NCBI GenBank assembly: GCA_043811005.1
Contig: JBDRNO010000260.1
Location: 19,579-83,578, forward strand
DNA: 64,000 nt
Source: Bacteroidota bacterium
Lineage (GTDB): Bacteria > Bacteroidota > Bacteroidia > NORP154
Direction: 5' to 3'
Of this stretch, positions 50,559-62,500 are shown piece by piece. Every line of letters starts with the position of its first letter. Within the stretch, counting starts at the first letter, position 1. The translations under genes were made by a program, and so were the position numbers. The notes beneath the pieces were generated by a model, which had not been told where the DNA came from, did no database searches, and saw only the letters and a list, made by a program, of their open reading frames with translations.

Positions 50559-51947
50559 ATGGAATACAGAATAGAAAAAGACACCATGGGCGAAGTAAAG
50601 GTTCCTACTGATAAATACTGGGGTGCTCAAACAGAAAGATCCAGAAACAATTTCAAGATAGGCGGCCAGATAATGCCCCTTGAGATAATAAGGGGCTTTG
50701 CCTATTTAAAAAAGGCCGCGGCTCAGACCAATTGCGAACTGGGTGTATTACCCAAGGAAAAAGCCGATGTGATAAGCCAGGTATGTAATGAAATATTAGA
50801 AGGCAAGTTGGATGATCATTTCCCTTTGGTTGTTTGGCAAACCGGCTCAGGCACACAAAGCAATATGAATGTCAATGAGGTTGTCTCCAACAGGGTGCAT
50901 GTACTGCAAGGGTATAAAATGGGGGAAGGACAAAAGTTCATCCATCCTAATGATGATGTCAATAAATCGCAATCCTCCAACGACACATTTCCAACTGCCA
51001 TGCACATTGCTGCTTACAAGATGATCATGGAAACGACAATCCCCGGTGTTGAGCAATTAAGAGATTCCCTAAAACAAAAAACCGAGGCATTTAAAGATGT
51101 TGTGAAAATCGGAAGAACGCATCTTATGGATGCAACTCCGTTAACCCTTGGACAGGAGTTTTCGGGATACGCCTCTCAATTGGATCACGGTTTAAATGCT
51201 CTGAAAAACACTTTGGCACATCTTTCTGAATTAGCGCTTGGAGGCACTGCGGTGGGAACTGGAATAAACACCCCCAGGGGGTATTCTGAATTGGTTGCTA
51301 AAAAGATCTCTGAATTGTCCGGTTTACCCTTTGTGTCTGCGAAAAACAAATTTGAAGCATTGGCTGCTCATGATGCTATGGTAGAAACATCGGGAGCATT
51401 AAAACAATTAGCAGTTAGCTTAATGAAAATTGCCAATGATCTTCGCTTGTTGGCATCTGGACCGAGATGCGGTATCGGGGAAATAATGTTACCAGCCAAT
51501 GAACCGGGTTCGTCAATTATGCCAGGGAAAGTGAATCCTACTCAATGTGAGGCAATGACAATGGTGTGTGCACAGGTAATTGGCAATGATGTTGCGATCA
51601 GCATAGGTGGAATGAACGGTCACTTTGAGTTGAATGTATTTAAAACCGTAATGATCTTTAATTTGCTTATGTCAGCGCGTTTGATCGGTGATGCATGTGT
51701 TTCTTTCGATGATAATTGTGTGGCTGGTATTGAGCCAAGCCACCATGCAATAAAAGAAAATCTGGAAAATTCATTGATGCTCGTAACTGCCTTGAATCCT
51801 CATATTGGATATGAAAAAGCCGCTGAAATTGCTAAAACAGCCCATAAAAACGGAACTACCTTGAGGGAGGAAGCAATTAAGCTTGGCTATCTTACAGATG
51901 AGCAATTTGATGAGTGGGTACAGCCGGAGAAGATGATTGGAGCTTAA
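50559..51947 (+). CDS. fumC: class II fumarate hydratase
   Basis: …[20 protein letters not shown]… is the fumarase/aspartase signature. Start placed at [13 protein letters not shown]… (50559), not the upstream extension in the ORF track. Confidence 0.92.
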   Translation: MEYRIEKDTMGEVKVPTDKYWGAQTERSRNNFKIGGQIMPLEIIRGFAYLKKAAAQTNCELGVLPKEKADVISQVCNEILEGKLDDHFPLVVWQTGSGTQSNMNVNEVVSNRVHVLQGYKMGEGQKFIHPNDDVNKSQSSNDTFPTAMHIAAYKMIMETTIPGVEQLRDSLKQKTEAFKDVVKIGRTHLMDATPLTLGQEFSGYASQLDHGLNALKNTLAHLSELALGGTAVGTGINTPRGYSELVAKKISELSGLPFVSAKNKFEALAAHDAMVETSGALKQLAVSLMKIANDLRLLASGPRCGIGEIMLPANEPGSSIMPGKVNPTQCEAMTMVCAQVIGNDVAISIGGMNGHFELNVFKTVMIFNLLMSARLIGDACVSFDDNCVAGIEPSHHAIKENLENSLMLVTALNPHIGYEKAAEIAKTAHKNGTTLREEAIKLGYLTDEQFDEWVQPEKMIGA

Positions 51948-52024
51948 CTAGAATAAGGTCATTAAAAAAGTCGTTAATGATAATTTTGTTGATGTAAATA
52001 AACAAGTAGGCAGTTGGCAGTCGG

Positions 52025-52058
52025 CAAAAAATTAATAAAAAGAGCTAATAAATAGCTC
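52025..52058 (-). terminator. Putative intrinsic terminator of anmK (hairpin overlapping its stop codon)
   Basis: On the minus strand reads GAGCTA-TTTAT-TAGCTC followed by TTTTTATTAATTTTTT. Confidence 0.4.
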
Positions 52059-53166
52059 CTCCAATATTATCTTTCAAAGCGCCTGTAACAGATTTTAAAC
52101 AATTAATTTCATTCCGCATTCTCAAAACACCTAAGAAAGCAAAAATCAACGCTTCCTTGAAATCAATAATGTTTTTTTCAGGAATTATGATTTGATAGTT
52201 TGAAAGGGCTTTTATCCTGTTAATTAATAAAACATTATACACTCCTCCGCCTGTGATTAACATTCGGCAGTTAACAGCGGACGATTGACTGATTTTATTG
52301 ATTTGAACAGCAATATGTTCACAAACAGTTCTCAGTTTGTCTCTTACTGGAATATCGTATTTTTCTATGACAGGAAAAAAAAATCCGGTACACCATTCTT
52401 TACTGAGTGATCTAGGTGGGGATTTTTGGTAAAAGGAAATCTGGTTTAATTCTTTGAGCAAGTCATTATTAATTTTTCCTGACGCAGCAATATTACCTTT
52501 GTCATCATAATCTATCCCTTCTGTATTCAACTTATCAGGGATTTCTTTCACCAATTTATTCAGAACAATGTTCACCGGGCAAATGTCGAATGCAATTCTT
52601 TTTCCATCTTTATCAAAAGAAACATTTGCAAATCCACCTAAATTAAGGCATAAATCGTATTCAGGAAAAAGCAGCTTATCGCCAACAGGTACTAATGGCG
52701 CTCCTTGCCCGCCAAGAGCAACATCCAATGACCTGAAATCGCAAACAACAGGCAGGTTACACTTTGCTGTAATGGCTGCACCATCGCCAATTTGGGATGT
52801 TACTCCGAATGAGCTATGCACGGCAGAGCGGGCAGTTTTACCCGGCTGATGAAAAACCGTATGCCCGTGTGACGAAATAAAATCAACGTTTAAATTGTTT
52901 TCATTGATAAAATTGTTGGTGATGCCACCTAAGTAATGGCCGAATTCTACATGGGTTTGAACAAATTTTAATGCGTTTTGTAATTCTAAATTCTGTAGCT
53001 TTTTAATCCATTTGCTGTTGTATTTAATCGTCTTTGCTTCAACTATCTCATATCTCCATTCACTATTATCATTCAATCTGCTAAACCGGCAATATGCCAT
53101 GTCCACTCCATCTAATGAAGTACCTGACATTAAACCAATTACATTATATTGTTTTGTTGAACCCAT
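52045..53166 (-). CDS. anmK: anhydro-N-acetylmuramic acid kinase
   Basis: MGSTKQYNVIGLMSGTSLDGVDMAYC… is the AnmK N-terminal signature. Confidence 0.88.
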   Translation of the reverse strand: MGSTKQYNVIGLMSGTSLDGVDMAYCRFSRLNDNSEWRYEIVEAKTIKYNSKWIKKLQNLELQNALKFVQTHVEFGHYLGGITNNFINENNLNVDFISSHGHTVFHQPGKTARSAVHSSFGVTSQIGDGAAITAKCNLPVVCDFRSLDVALGGQGAPLVPVGDKLLFPEYDLCLNLGGFANVSFDKDGKRIAFDICPVNIVLNKLVKEIPDKLNTEGIDYDDKGNIAASGKINNDLLKELNQISFYQKSPPRSLSKEWCTGFFFPVIEKYDIPVRDKLRTVCEHIAVQINKISQSSAVNCRMLITGGGVYNVLLINRIKALSNYQIIIPEKNIIDFKEALIFAFLGVLRMRNEINCLKSVTGALKDNIGGAIY

Positions 53167-53325
53167 TGAATAAAAAACATAAAATTTCTCCAGCCAAGCC
53201 CGCTATGCACGCAAAGGACGCAAAAAGTATTATGATAGAAAACGAATTATTAAAAAATTTTGTTTTCACAGGGCAAAAAATTATATTTGCCATTCTTAAA
53301 TAATTTCCATTAAAAATATCTAAAA

Positions 53326-54465
53326 ATGAATATCGAATTTACAGAAGAACACTTAGCAGTTAAAGAAGCTGCAAGAGCTTTTGCACAGAATGATCTTTTA
53401 CCAGGTGTAATTGAAAGAGATGAAAAAAAACAATTTCCCGAAGAACAAGTAAAGAAATTAGGTGAGCTGGGATTTTTAGGAATGATGGTCAGCCCTGAAT
53501 ATGGAGGAGGGGGGATGGATACTATTTCCTACGTATTGGCTATGGAGGAAATATCAAAAATTGATTCTTCCGTTTCTGTAGTTTTGTCGGTTGTGAATTC
53601 ATTAGTCTGCTGGGGGTTAGAAGAATATGGAACAGAGGAACAAAAGCAGAAATACTTGGTACCTTTGGCTAAAGGAGAAATAATCGGGGCTTTCTGCTTG
53701 TCAGAACCTGAAGCAGGATCAGATGCTACATCACAACGTACCACTGCAATAGATATGGGGGATCATTACCTGTTGAACGGCACAAAAAACTTTATCACCA
53801 ACGGAAACTGTTCATCGGTATATATAGTGATGGCACAAACAGATTCATCAAAAGGTCACAGAGGGATAAACGCACTTTTAGTAGAAAAAGGGATGGATGG
53901 CTTTGTTGTTGGACCAAAAGAGAATAAATTGGGAATAAGGGCATCCGATACAACTTCATTGATGTTCACAGATGTTAAAGTACCCAAAGAAAACAGGATT
54001 GGAGAAGATGGTTTTGGTTTTAAATTTGCAATGGAGACATTGTCGGGCGGAAGAATTGGTATTGCTGCACAGGCATTGGGAATTGCATCAGGCGCTTATG
54101 AGTTGGCATTAGCATATTCAAAGGAAAGAAGAGCATTTGGCAAACCAATTTGCGAGCATCAGGCAATCGGATTCAAGCTGGCAGAAATGGCAACTGATAT
54201 CGAATCAGCGCGGTTGCTTTGTCTTAAAGCAGCGTGGCTAAAGGATATTCACAAGGATTACACAGTTGAGAGTGCAATGGCAAAATTGTTTGCATCTAAA
54301 GTAGCTATGGAGATTTCTACTGATGCAGTACAGATACTCGGGGGTTATGGTTATGTTAAAGAATACCATGTTGAACGGTTGATGCGGGATGCAAAAATAA
54401 CCCAGATTTATGAAGGTACTTCTGAAATTCAGAAAATTGTCATTTCAAGGGCGCTGTTGAGATGA
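53326..54465 (+). CDS. acyl-CoA dehydrogenase (short/medium-chain type)
   Basis: 379-aa translation looks like the ACAD family, with catalytic Glu near the C-terminus (…YEGTSEIQ…). Confidence 0.88.
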   Translation: MNIEFTEEHLAVKEAARAFAQNDLLPGVIERDEKKQFPEEQVKKLGELGFLGMMVSPEYGGGGMDTISYVLAMEEISKIDSSVSVVLSVVNSLVCWGLEEYGTEEQKQKYLVPLAKGEIIGAFCLSEPEAGSDATSQRTTAIDMGDHYLLNGTKNFITNGNCSSVYIVMAQTDSSKGHRGINALLVEKGMDGFVVGPKENKLGIRASDTTSLMFTDVKVPKENRIGEDGFGFKFAMETLSGGRIGIAAQALGIASGAYELALAYSKERRAFGKPICEHQAIGFKLAEMATDIESARLLCLKAAWLKDIHKDYTVESAMAKLFASKVAMEISTDAVQILGGYGYVKEYHVERLMRDAKITQIYEGTSEIQKIVISRALLR

Positions 54466-54536
54466 TATGATTGATGCTAATATACGAATTAATACTAATG
54501 ACGAATAACCAATTCACCAATAAACCAATCAACAAA

Positions 54537-55838
54537 TCACAATACTTCCATCAATTTTTCCAGTTGAATTCCTCTCGAACCTTTAATCAGGATAAATGAA
54601 TTTATGATGTTCCGGTGTTTGAGCCAGTTGTAAGCTGCATTAACATCAGCAAAGTGGGTGCACTTAACGCTTCTTTTTGCTTTTGAGAAGTTATCACCAA
54701 CAAGTATTATCTGTATGAAATCTTGATCTTTTATTAATTTAATTATTGCTTTATGTTCTTTTAACCCAAATGATCCCAATTCAAGCATGTCTCCTAAAAT
54801 TATAATTTTATTTTCTGCCTGAATTTGAGAGAAATTACTGATGGCAGCCGCCATATTCGTTGGATTGGCGTTGTATGCATCCAACAGTACTTTATTTTTT
54901 TTGGTTTTAATAATCTGTCCCCTGTTATCTGCCGGCTTGTAATTTTCAATAGCTTGTTTGATCTCTGATCCCTTCACTTTGAAATAACTTCCTATACAGA
55001 TAGCTGCCATAATATTTTCAAAGTTGTGTTTGCCAAAAAGCTGAGTATTAATAAAGGTTTCCCATTTAAGTTGTACTGGATTGATATTTATTATTTTCCC
55101 TCTGTAATTTGCTGCTTTTGAGGCGCCATATGTAAAGCATGTATATTGCCACGCCTTAGTAATATTTTGTTCTTTCAACATTTTGATTAAAAGTTCATTA
55201 TCAGAGTTGACGAAAAAAACACCTTTGTTTTGTTTTAAATAGGAATATAATTCTTTTTTAGCATTTATTACCCCTTCTTCACCTCCAAATCCCTCTAAAT
55301 GTGCTTTGCCAATATTGGTTATTATACCATGATCAGGTTGTGCAATTTTACAAAGCTGCTCAATTTCCCCAATATGATTGGCACCCATTTCAATAATCGC
55401 AATTTCAGAATCATTAGAGATAGAAAGTATTGATAGAGGAACCCCAATGTGATTATTAAGGTTGCCCCTGGTGGCGAAAGTTTTATATTTTTTATTTAAA
55501 ACACATTTTATCAAATCTTTAGTAGTAGTTTTCCCGTTGGTTCCAGTAATTCCAATAACAGGGATATTTAATTGTTCCCGGTGATGTAGAGCTAACTTTT
55601 GAAGGGTTTCCAAAACATTATTAACAATGATGAATCTTTCGTCTTTTTTATAATTGATTTCATCAATAATAACATAAGGGCAACCTTTATCAATAGCTTC
55701 TTTTGCAAACTTGTTCCCATTGAAGTTTTCCCCCTTAAGTGCGAAAAATATTGAATTCTTTTGTACGTTACGACTATCAATGCAGATTAATCGATGTTTG
55801 AGATAAATAGAATATAGCAGAGAAATGTCTTCAGGCAT
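54537..55838 (-). CDS. murF: UDP-N-acetylmuramoyl-tripeptide--D-alanyl-D-alanine ligase
   Basis: Mur ligase P-loop …GITGTNGKTTTKD… and MurF architecture. Confidence 0.85.
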   Translation of the reverse strand: MPEDISLLYSIYLKHRLICIDSRNVQKNSIFFALKGENFNGNKFAKEAIDKGCPYVIIDEINYKKDERFIIVNNVLETLQKLALHHREQLNIPVIGITGTNGKTTTKDLIKCVLNKKYKTFATRGNLNNHIGVPLSILSISNDSEIAIIEMGANHIGEIEQLCKIAQPDHGIITNIGKAHLEGFGGEEGVINAKKELYSYLKQNKGVFFVNSDNELLIKMLKEQNITKAWQYTCFTYGASKAANYRGKIININPVQLKWETFINTQLFGKHNFENIMAAICIGSYFKVKGSEIKQAIENYKPADNRGQIIKTKKNKVLLDAYNANPTNMAAAISNFSQIQAENKIIILGDMLELGSFGLKEHKAIIKLIKDQDFIQIILVGDNFSKAKRSVKCTHFADVNAAYNWLKHRNIINSFILIKGSRGIQLEKLMEVL

Positions 55839-55968
55839 AACACTAGTTAAAATTTAATACCCCGCCATTCTTCCACCAGCTGGGTGACGAATGCGGGGTA
55901 TTTTTCAATGTTCTAATAAAATTCCCTATTAAAGTCTGCACAGTACAGATTTATCAGGATATATGGAA

Positions 55969-57480
55969 TTAAAACCCAACAGGGCTTCCAACCCTTACCA
56001 TAGCACATCTAAACCCGAGATAAGCAGTTTCTTGTTCTTGATCAAGAAATCTTCTTGTACCCGGACTCATCCAGTAAGCCCGGTCTTTCCATGAAGCGCC
56101 TTTATATACCTTAGCGCGGTCATCTATTAAAGAAGAGGGGTCTTTACTGTATCCTTTTGTGTCATACATAACCCTTTGTAATTCATCATTAGATAGAGTT
56201 TCCTGTAAGTATTGTACACTTGATTCCTTATCAGCATCAAGAAAGTTAATATTATCTGCCTTTTTATAATTTCTTCTATCAAGGTTCTCTTCTTCGGTAA
56301 CGTCTCTCCAGATAATTTTGCCAAGTGTGTCTTTTTCTGCAATTGCGCCTTCTTCATCTCTAAGTTGCGTCTTATACACATTACCTCTGTAAGATCTAAA
56401 GTCGTCCATATCTTCAGGGGATAGAGGCCTGTAAACATCCATTACCCATTCACTTACATTACCCGCCATATTATATAAACCATAATCATTGGGCCAGTAT
56501 GCATATACTGGAGCGGTAACATCGGCATTATCATTAAGGCGCCCAGCAACGCCCATGTTGTCACCTCTTCCTCTTTTATAGTTAGCCATCATATCTCCCA
56601 TATTTTTGGGTCCGGGATTTCTAACATAATGACCACTCCATGGGAATATTCTTCTTTCGGTCACTCTTTCAAAATATGTAGTGCCGATCAAGCCCAATGC
56701 GGCAAATTCCCATTCAGCTTCTGTAGGAAGACGGTATCTGGGAAGCAGTATCCCATCCTCCATTCTAACTTTTCTAGTATCTTTATTGGGGTCGAGGTCA
56801 GGTATGTCAACAATCACCAAACCCTCATATTGTCCGGCATAGTATGCATCTGTATTAAAGTTGTCGTCTGCCACTTGGTTGGGATTTACATCAATAAGTC
56901 CTTCTCTGATAAGCAGGTATTCATTCACCCTGTCGGTACGCCAAGAGCAAAAATCTTTTGCCTGAAGCCAGTTAACTCCTACAACAGGGTACCATTGATA
57001 TGCAGGATGACGGAGATATAACTCAACATAAGGTTCATTGTAGGCCAATTTTGAGCGCCAAACCAATGTGTCGGGTCTGGCTTTTTTATATACTTCAGGA
57101 TAATCTAATCCGAAAACCCTTTTTATCCAATATAAATATTCCCGATAGTGAACATTAGCAACTTCAGTTTCATCCAAATAATAAGAAGAAACAGTAACTC
57201 TTCGAGGGACATTATCCCAGTTGTAGCCAGCATCCTGTTCTACTCTTCCCATGGTGAATGTACCACCTTGGATCAAAATTAAACCGGGACCTGTTTCTTG
57301 TTCTTCATAATATGTAACTTCAAACCCCCCATTTTTAGGGTCATTATAATTCCAACCCGTCATTTGAGATGTTTCCTTACCACATGATACCATCAATACT
57401 AATCCAATGACAGGTATTATTTTTTTTGCCTTTCTAAGCGCAGGGTACAGACAGACACTATTTTCAACTATCTTTTTCAT
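55969..57480 (-). CDS. FGE/SUMF1-fold lipoprotein of the GldJ/GldK (PorK) family
   Basis: Lipoprotein signal (…LVLMVSCGKE), formylglycine-generating-enzyme-like fold, 503 aa. Flanked by a PorP/SprF-family gene upstream and murF downstream. Confidence 0.65.
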   Translation of the reverse strand: MKKIVENSVCLYPALRKAKKIIPVIGLVLMVSCGKETSQMTGWNYNDPKNGGFEVTYYEEQETGPGLILIQGGTFTMGRVEQDAGYNWDNVPRRVTVSSYYLDETEVANVHYREYLYWIKRVFGLDYPEVYKKARPDTLVWRSKLAYNEPYVELYLRHPAYQWYPVVGVNWLQAKDFCSWRTDRVNEYLLIREGLIDVNPNQVADDNFNTDAYYAGQYEGLVIVDIPDLDPNKDTRKVRMEDGILLPRYRLPTEAEWEFAALGLIGTTYFERVTERRIFPWSGHYVRNPGPKNMGDMMANYKRGRGDNMGVAGRLNDNADVTAPVYAYWPNDYGLYNMAGNVSEWVMDVYRPLSPEDMDDFRSYRGNVYKTQLRDEEGAIAEKDTLGKIIWRDVTEEENLDRRNYKKADNINFLDADKESSVQYLQETLSNDELQRVMYDTKGYSKDPSSLIDDRAKVYKGASWKDRAYWMSPGTRRFLDQEQETAYLGFRCAMVRVGSPVGF

Positions 57481-57639
57481 AATATATTTTTTTGGGTTAA
57501 ATCTCTTTTGGAGTTACGTTTAACGTAGATGAACCAAAAAAGGTTACTTGTTTAAAAAAATAGGTTGAATTATTTGTAAATTTTTATGAATAACTAAAAG
57601 AAAATGATATTGGATTTTAGATATTAGGAATAAATCAGG

Positions 57640-58614
57640 TTAAAATGAGGGACAACTTATTGTTCTGAATTTTCTCTTTTTAGGTCTGCAATCAAATTGC
57701 AATGCGAAAGAGAACTCATGAGACCCGGCACTGGCATTGCTTAACTTAGAAAGGGTTATATCATAACTGTATCCAAATTTGATCATGCCTTGCTGGAAGC
57801 CAATCAGAACTATGAATGCGTCTGAATTTTTCTGCGCTTGTCTGTACCATAGACCACCAACAATAGGGCCTTTATTCATATATATCCCTATGTTTAATTG
57901 TTGAAAATCCTGTTGTTTTTGAAATAATATATTAGGAGAAATGTTGGATTCTTCGCCTGTTTCGTCTAATGGAAAAATTGCACCACCGTGAATAGTGATC
58001 TTTACAGGTAATTTGGCGGCACCTGTAACGATAAAACCTTCTTTGGGTTGTGTTAAATGATGTACTGCAATGCCGCCAAAAAATTCTTTGCTAAATCCCA
58101 ATATACCGGCTGAGAGATCAAGATTACCCATGGAATTGTTAACTTGTGTTTCTTTTGTTTCATAAATAAATCCATACCGTGGATCAATCATATCTCCAAA
58201 AGTAAGCTTCTCCCAGTCTAATTTTTTTTGTATGTAGCCCGCCTGGAAACCGGCTTTTATAGAAAAATTACGGTTTACATTTAACCTGTAAGAATAGATA
58301 AGACTTCCGGTAGTTGTATTTAATGTACCTTCTCCGGCACGGTCATTAAGGATCATCACTCCTATGCCACCTTGCAGTCCGTCAACATGTTGATCGTAAG
58401 ATGCAGCATATGTAACGAATGTTCCGGAGATAGCAGGCCATTCATTCCTGTAATTCATGATCATCCTCGGACATCTTGCAGTTCCGGCAAATGCTGGGTT
58501 AAGATATAGGGGATTGGCATAAAACTGTGTAAACTCAGGATCTTGAGCAAATGAAAAATTCCCAAAGCTAATTGCCGAAATTATTATTATTGCAAATATC
58601 AGCCGTTTTAACAT
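57640..58614 (-). CDS. PorP/SprF-family T9SS outer-membrane protein
   Basis: Signal peptide then QDPEFTQFYANPLYLNPAFAG, the PorP/SprF family signature. Beta-barrel-like remainder. Confidence 0.8.
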   Translation of the reverse strand: MLKRLIFAIIIISAISFGNFSFAQDPEFTQFYANPLYLNPAFAGTARCPRMIMNYRNEWPAISGTFVTYAASYDQHVDGLQGGIGVMILNDRAGEGTLNTTTGSLIYSYRLNVNRNFSIKAGFQAGYIQKKLDWEKLTFGDMIDPRYGFIYETKETQVNNSMGNLDLSAGILGFSKEFFGGIAVHHLTQPKEGFIVTGAAKLPVKITIHGGAIFPLDETGEESNISPNILFQKQQDFQQLNIGIYMNKGPIVGGLWYRQAQKNSDAFIVLIGFQQGMIKFGYSYDITLSKLSNASAGSHEFSFALQFDCRPKKRKFRTISCPSF

Positions 58615-58714
58615 AAGTATAGTTCCTTTACAGACGCAATAATACGATTTATTTTATAATATCTTGCAAATATAACAAATAATTTATATAAATATTTTTT
58701 TAACTTTCAAAAAA

Positions 58715-59476
58715 TTATTGCAGGAAAGGATTGTTTTTCCTTTCAAATCCCATATTCGTTACAGGTCCATGTCCTGAGTACACCTGGAAATCATCTCCCA
58801 GGGCGAACAATTTGGTTTTGATGTTTTCAATTAAAGTATTATGATCGCCCCCCGGCAGGTCTGTTCTGCCAATGCTGCCGTAAAATAAAACATCTCCCGT
58901 AATGACGAACTTTTGTTCTCTTTCGTAAGAAGCGCTTGTAGAGACATTCTTGAAAGTCCTATCTTCCGCCAATCCAAATGACTCCCGGCTCATTTGCGGA
59001 GACGGATAGTTTCTTCGTGGAGCGTTATAACCAACAAGAACAATGTGACCCGGAGAATGACCGGGGATCAACAAAATCTCTAATTTTGAATTACCAAATT
59101 CAACAATATCTCCTTGGTTGAGGAAATTAACCGGATCTGGAGAATTTTCCAAGTTTGGAATTCCATATAATTGAGCTACAGAAGCAACGCTTTGCAAAAC
59201 AGGCAATTCCAACTTGTTTATTTCCAAATCCAAATCGTATTTTTCGGCAATAAACTGGTTCCCGAAAACGTGGTCAATATGGCAATGAGTGTTCACCAAT
59301 TTAACCGGTTTTAGCTCATTTTCCTCGATAAAGCCAGTTAATTCCTGTTTTTCATGCTTTTCATAACAACCAGGGTCAATAATTACACACTCTTTGGTCT
59401 CATCAAATAAAACGTACGTGTTTTCCTCGAAAGGGTTGAATATGAATGGATGGATATTAATCATAACTAATGACAA
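58715..59476 (-). CDS. MBL-fold metallo-hydrolase with a ~37-aa insertion
   Basis: HCHIDHV (HxHxDH) and …GDVLFYGSIGRTDLPGG… motifs. An extra segment sits between …PGHSPGHIVLV… and …ITGDVLF…. Confidence 0.75.
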   Translation of the reverse strand: MSLVMINIHPFIFNPFEENTYVLFDETKECVIIDPGCYEKHEKQELTGFIEENELKPVKLVNTHCHIDHVFGNQFIAEKYDLDLEINKLELPVLQSVASVAQLYGIPNLENSPDPVNFLNQGDIVEFGNSKLEILLIPGHSPGHIVLVGYNAPRRNYPSPQMSRESFGLAEDRTFKNVSTSASYEREQKFVITGDVLFYGSIGRTDLPGGDHNTLIENIKTKLFALGDDFQVYSGHGPVTNMGFERKNNPFLQ

Positions 59477-59516
59477 AAGTAATATATTTAGCGAAAACTT
59501 GTTATATCTTTGTAAA

Positions 59517-62500
59517 ATGCGAAAATTTATTATTTTCTTTCTTTTATTTTTCAGCTTACATATTGTTACCGACTTTGCCGGGATGCATTTGTTTGCGCAA
59601 TTTTACAATGGCTCTCATCAGGAATTTGGAAAAAGCAGGGTTCAGTACAGGGAATTTTTATGGTTTATTTATAAATATAATAAGTATGATATTTATTTTT
59701 ATACTGGGGGAAAAGATATTGCAATATATACAGCAAAATCTGCAGATATGATAATTGAGGAAATAGAAGATTTCTTTGATTTCGGGTTGGAGGATAAGAT
59801 ACAGTTTGTCATCTATAATAAACTTTCAGACTTAAAACAGAGTAATATTGGTTTTGCTACTGAAGAGCAGTACAATGTAGGTGGAGTAACGCATATAGTG
59901 GGATCGAAAATATTTCTGTATTTTGAAGGAGACCATCAAAAGCTTAAACAACAGATCAGGGCAGGGATTACCGAAGTGCTTATAAGCCAGATGATGTATG
60001 GTGGTAACTGGAAAGATATGGTTAAAAACTCCACACTTTTGTCTTTGCCTGATTGGTATTTACAAGGACTTATCTCTTATGTTTCAATCGCATGGAATGT
60101 TGAGATAGAAAATCGTGTGAGAGACGGAATCCTTTCCGGAAGATATAAGAATTTTAACCGTTTAACCGGTGATGATGCTGTTTATGCAGGACATTCTATA
60201 TGGAATTTCATAGTTGAGAGATACGGAAAATCATTAATCCCCAGTATATTATACATGACAAAAACCAGCAGGAATATAGAAAGTGGGTTTCTGTTTGTTT
60301 TGGGTTCTTCTCTTAAAAACTTAACAAATGATTGGCTTGATTATTACTATAACAAATTTTATGTTTCTGATAAATTCAGAGAGTTTCCTGATAAAAACTC
60401 ATTGCTTATAAAACCTAAAGCCAATAGGGTTTACAGCCAGTTAACTGTAAACTCTGATGGCAGGTATGCTGCTTATGTTACAAATAAAACAGGGAAGTAT
60501 AGAGTATGGCTATTCGATCTTAATACCGGGAAAAAACATCGCATATTATCAGGAGGTGTTAAGTTGGAACGATTGAATGATTATTCTTATCCAATGCTGG
60601 CATGGCATCCTTCTGCTGATTTGTTGTCAATAATAACAGAGAAAAAAGACAGGATATTACTGACGTATTATACACTTCCATCAAAAAAAAAACATATCCG
60701 GCTATTTCGATCAGGCAGGGAAGTAAGAGAGTTACATCACTTCCAGAAGATTCTTGATTTTTCATATTCAAATGACGGGAAAAAATTTATCATTTCTGCT
60801 GTTCAGGAAGGACGTTCAGATATATTTGTTTATAATACTGCAACGAATATGTATGAGCAAATAACAAATGATATATACGATGATTTATATCCTATATTTA
60901 TTCATGATTCGAAAGAAATTGTTTTTAGCTCCAATAGAGTTAGTGATACAATAAGATATATCCATAAAGGATCCTTTGGGGAAGGTGGAGCAGGACACAC
61001 ACCACGCCCCCCTCTTGATAGAGTGGGAGAGCCCGCTCACAATTCACCCGCACAAACCATCCGCCAGCTGGCGGATGGGAGTATTAATATCAATACTAAC
61101 AACGCATTAAGTACCTCAACTGGAAAAGATTTGTTCATATATGATTACAAATACAAATCTGCCCTACCTGTCAACCTTTACCAAACCGAAGACATAAAAA
61201 TTTCAGCACAGACAAATATTTTACAAAAAATTACTAATACTCCTTTTATTGACGAAATTCATCCTGTAGAATATGACGATCTTCATCTAAGTTATCTTAG
61301 TATTAAAGATGGCATTATCAATCGTTACCTTGTAAGTTTCGACAGTGTTATCAGTCATATTGACACTATTGCCCATTACAGGGCCGTAACAACATCTTTC
61401 CCAATTACGAATTACTCGAGAAACATTCTTGAACATGATATAAATACAAAATCGAAAAAATATTCAGAGATAATTTATTCTAATGGAAAGTATAGGATGT
61501 ATGTGGAAAATATATTGCAGCAATCAGATATTAAAATATCTGAATCCGGTGAAAATAAAATACCCCCCAGTGATGAACCATTTCACCGGGAGGAAATGAA
61601 TACTGCAATTGAAGATAGTTTGATTATCCAAAGATTCTCCGAAGATAACACTACTGATTTATTTGAGCGGGAATCCGAATATACCGATATTACAGGTGAA
61701 GGGAAAATTGACATAAATAACTATATTTTTGAAATTGAAAATTCCCCAGCACAATTAAGAAATAAAAAACCTGTTGAAAAAAGTAAAATTGCCGGTGAAA
61801 TGGCTCGCGAAGAAGACGGGATTAGTTCAAAAATCAAGGAAACTGAGTTGATTCCAGTAGACACTACATCCACTGATAATTTTGAAATTTCAGATACATC
61901 TGATCTTTCCTCCGTTTCACAGGATAGAACATCTCAATTTTTCCCTGACATTTTCAAACAAGCAAAACAGTGGAATTATAACATAGCATTTTCAACAGAT
62001 TATTTTGTGAGCCAGCTTGACAATAGTTATCTTAATGAAACATATCAGAAATTTTCCGGGGGTGGCGCTATCTTTACTAATCCGGGATTAAATTTATTGT
62101 TTAAGATAGGCATCAGCGATTTGTTTGAAGACTACAAGATTGTAGGTGGTGTTCGTTTATCTGGCAATCTGAACAGCAATGAGTACTTTTTAAGCTTTGA
62201 GAACCTAAAAAAACGTCTTGATAAGCAGATCGTATTCCACAGGCAGGGTTTTCTTACTTTTCAAAGCAATGGAACAGGGATCCGCGTTCATACTCACGAT
62301 ATTAAATATGTATTGAAATGGCCATTTAATGAAATAATAAGCATTAAAGGAACCGGTAGTTTGAGAAACGACAGGTCTGTTTTTCTCTCAACCGACTATA
62401 TGAGTTTACAGGAACCCGATATTTATGATACCTGGGGTGGGTTGAAGGCGGAGCTCATTTTTGATAATACTATCAATAAAGGATTAAATCTTTATAATGG

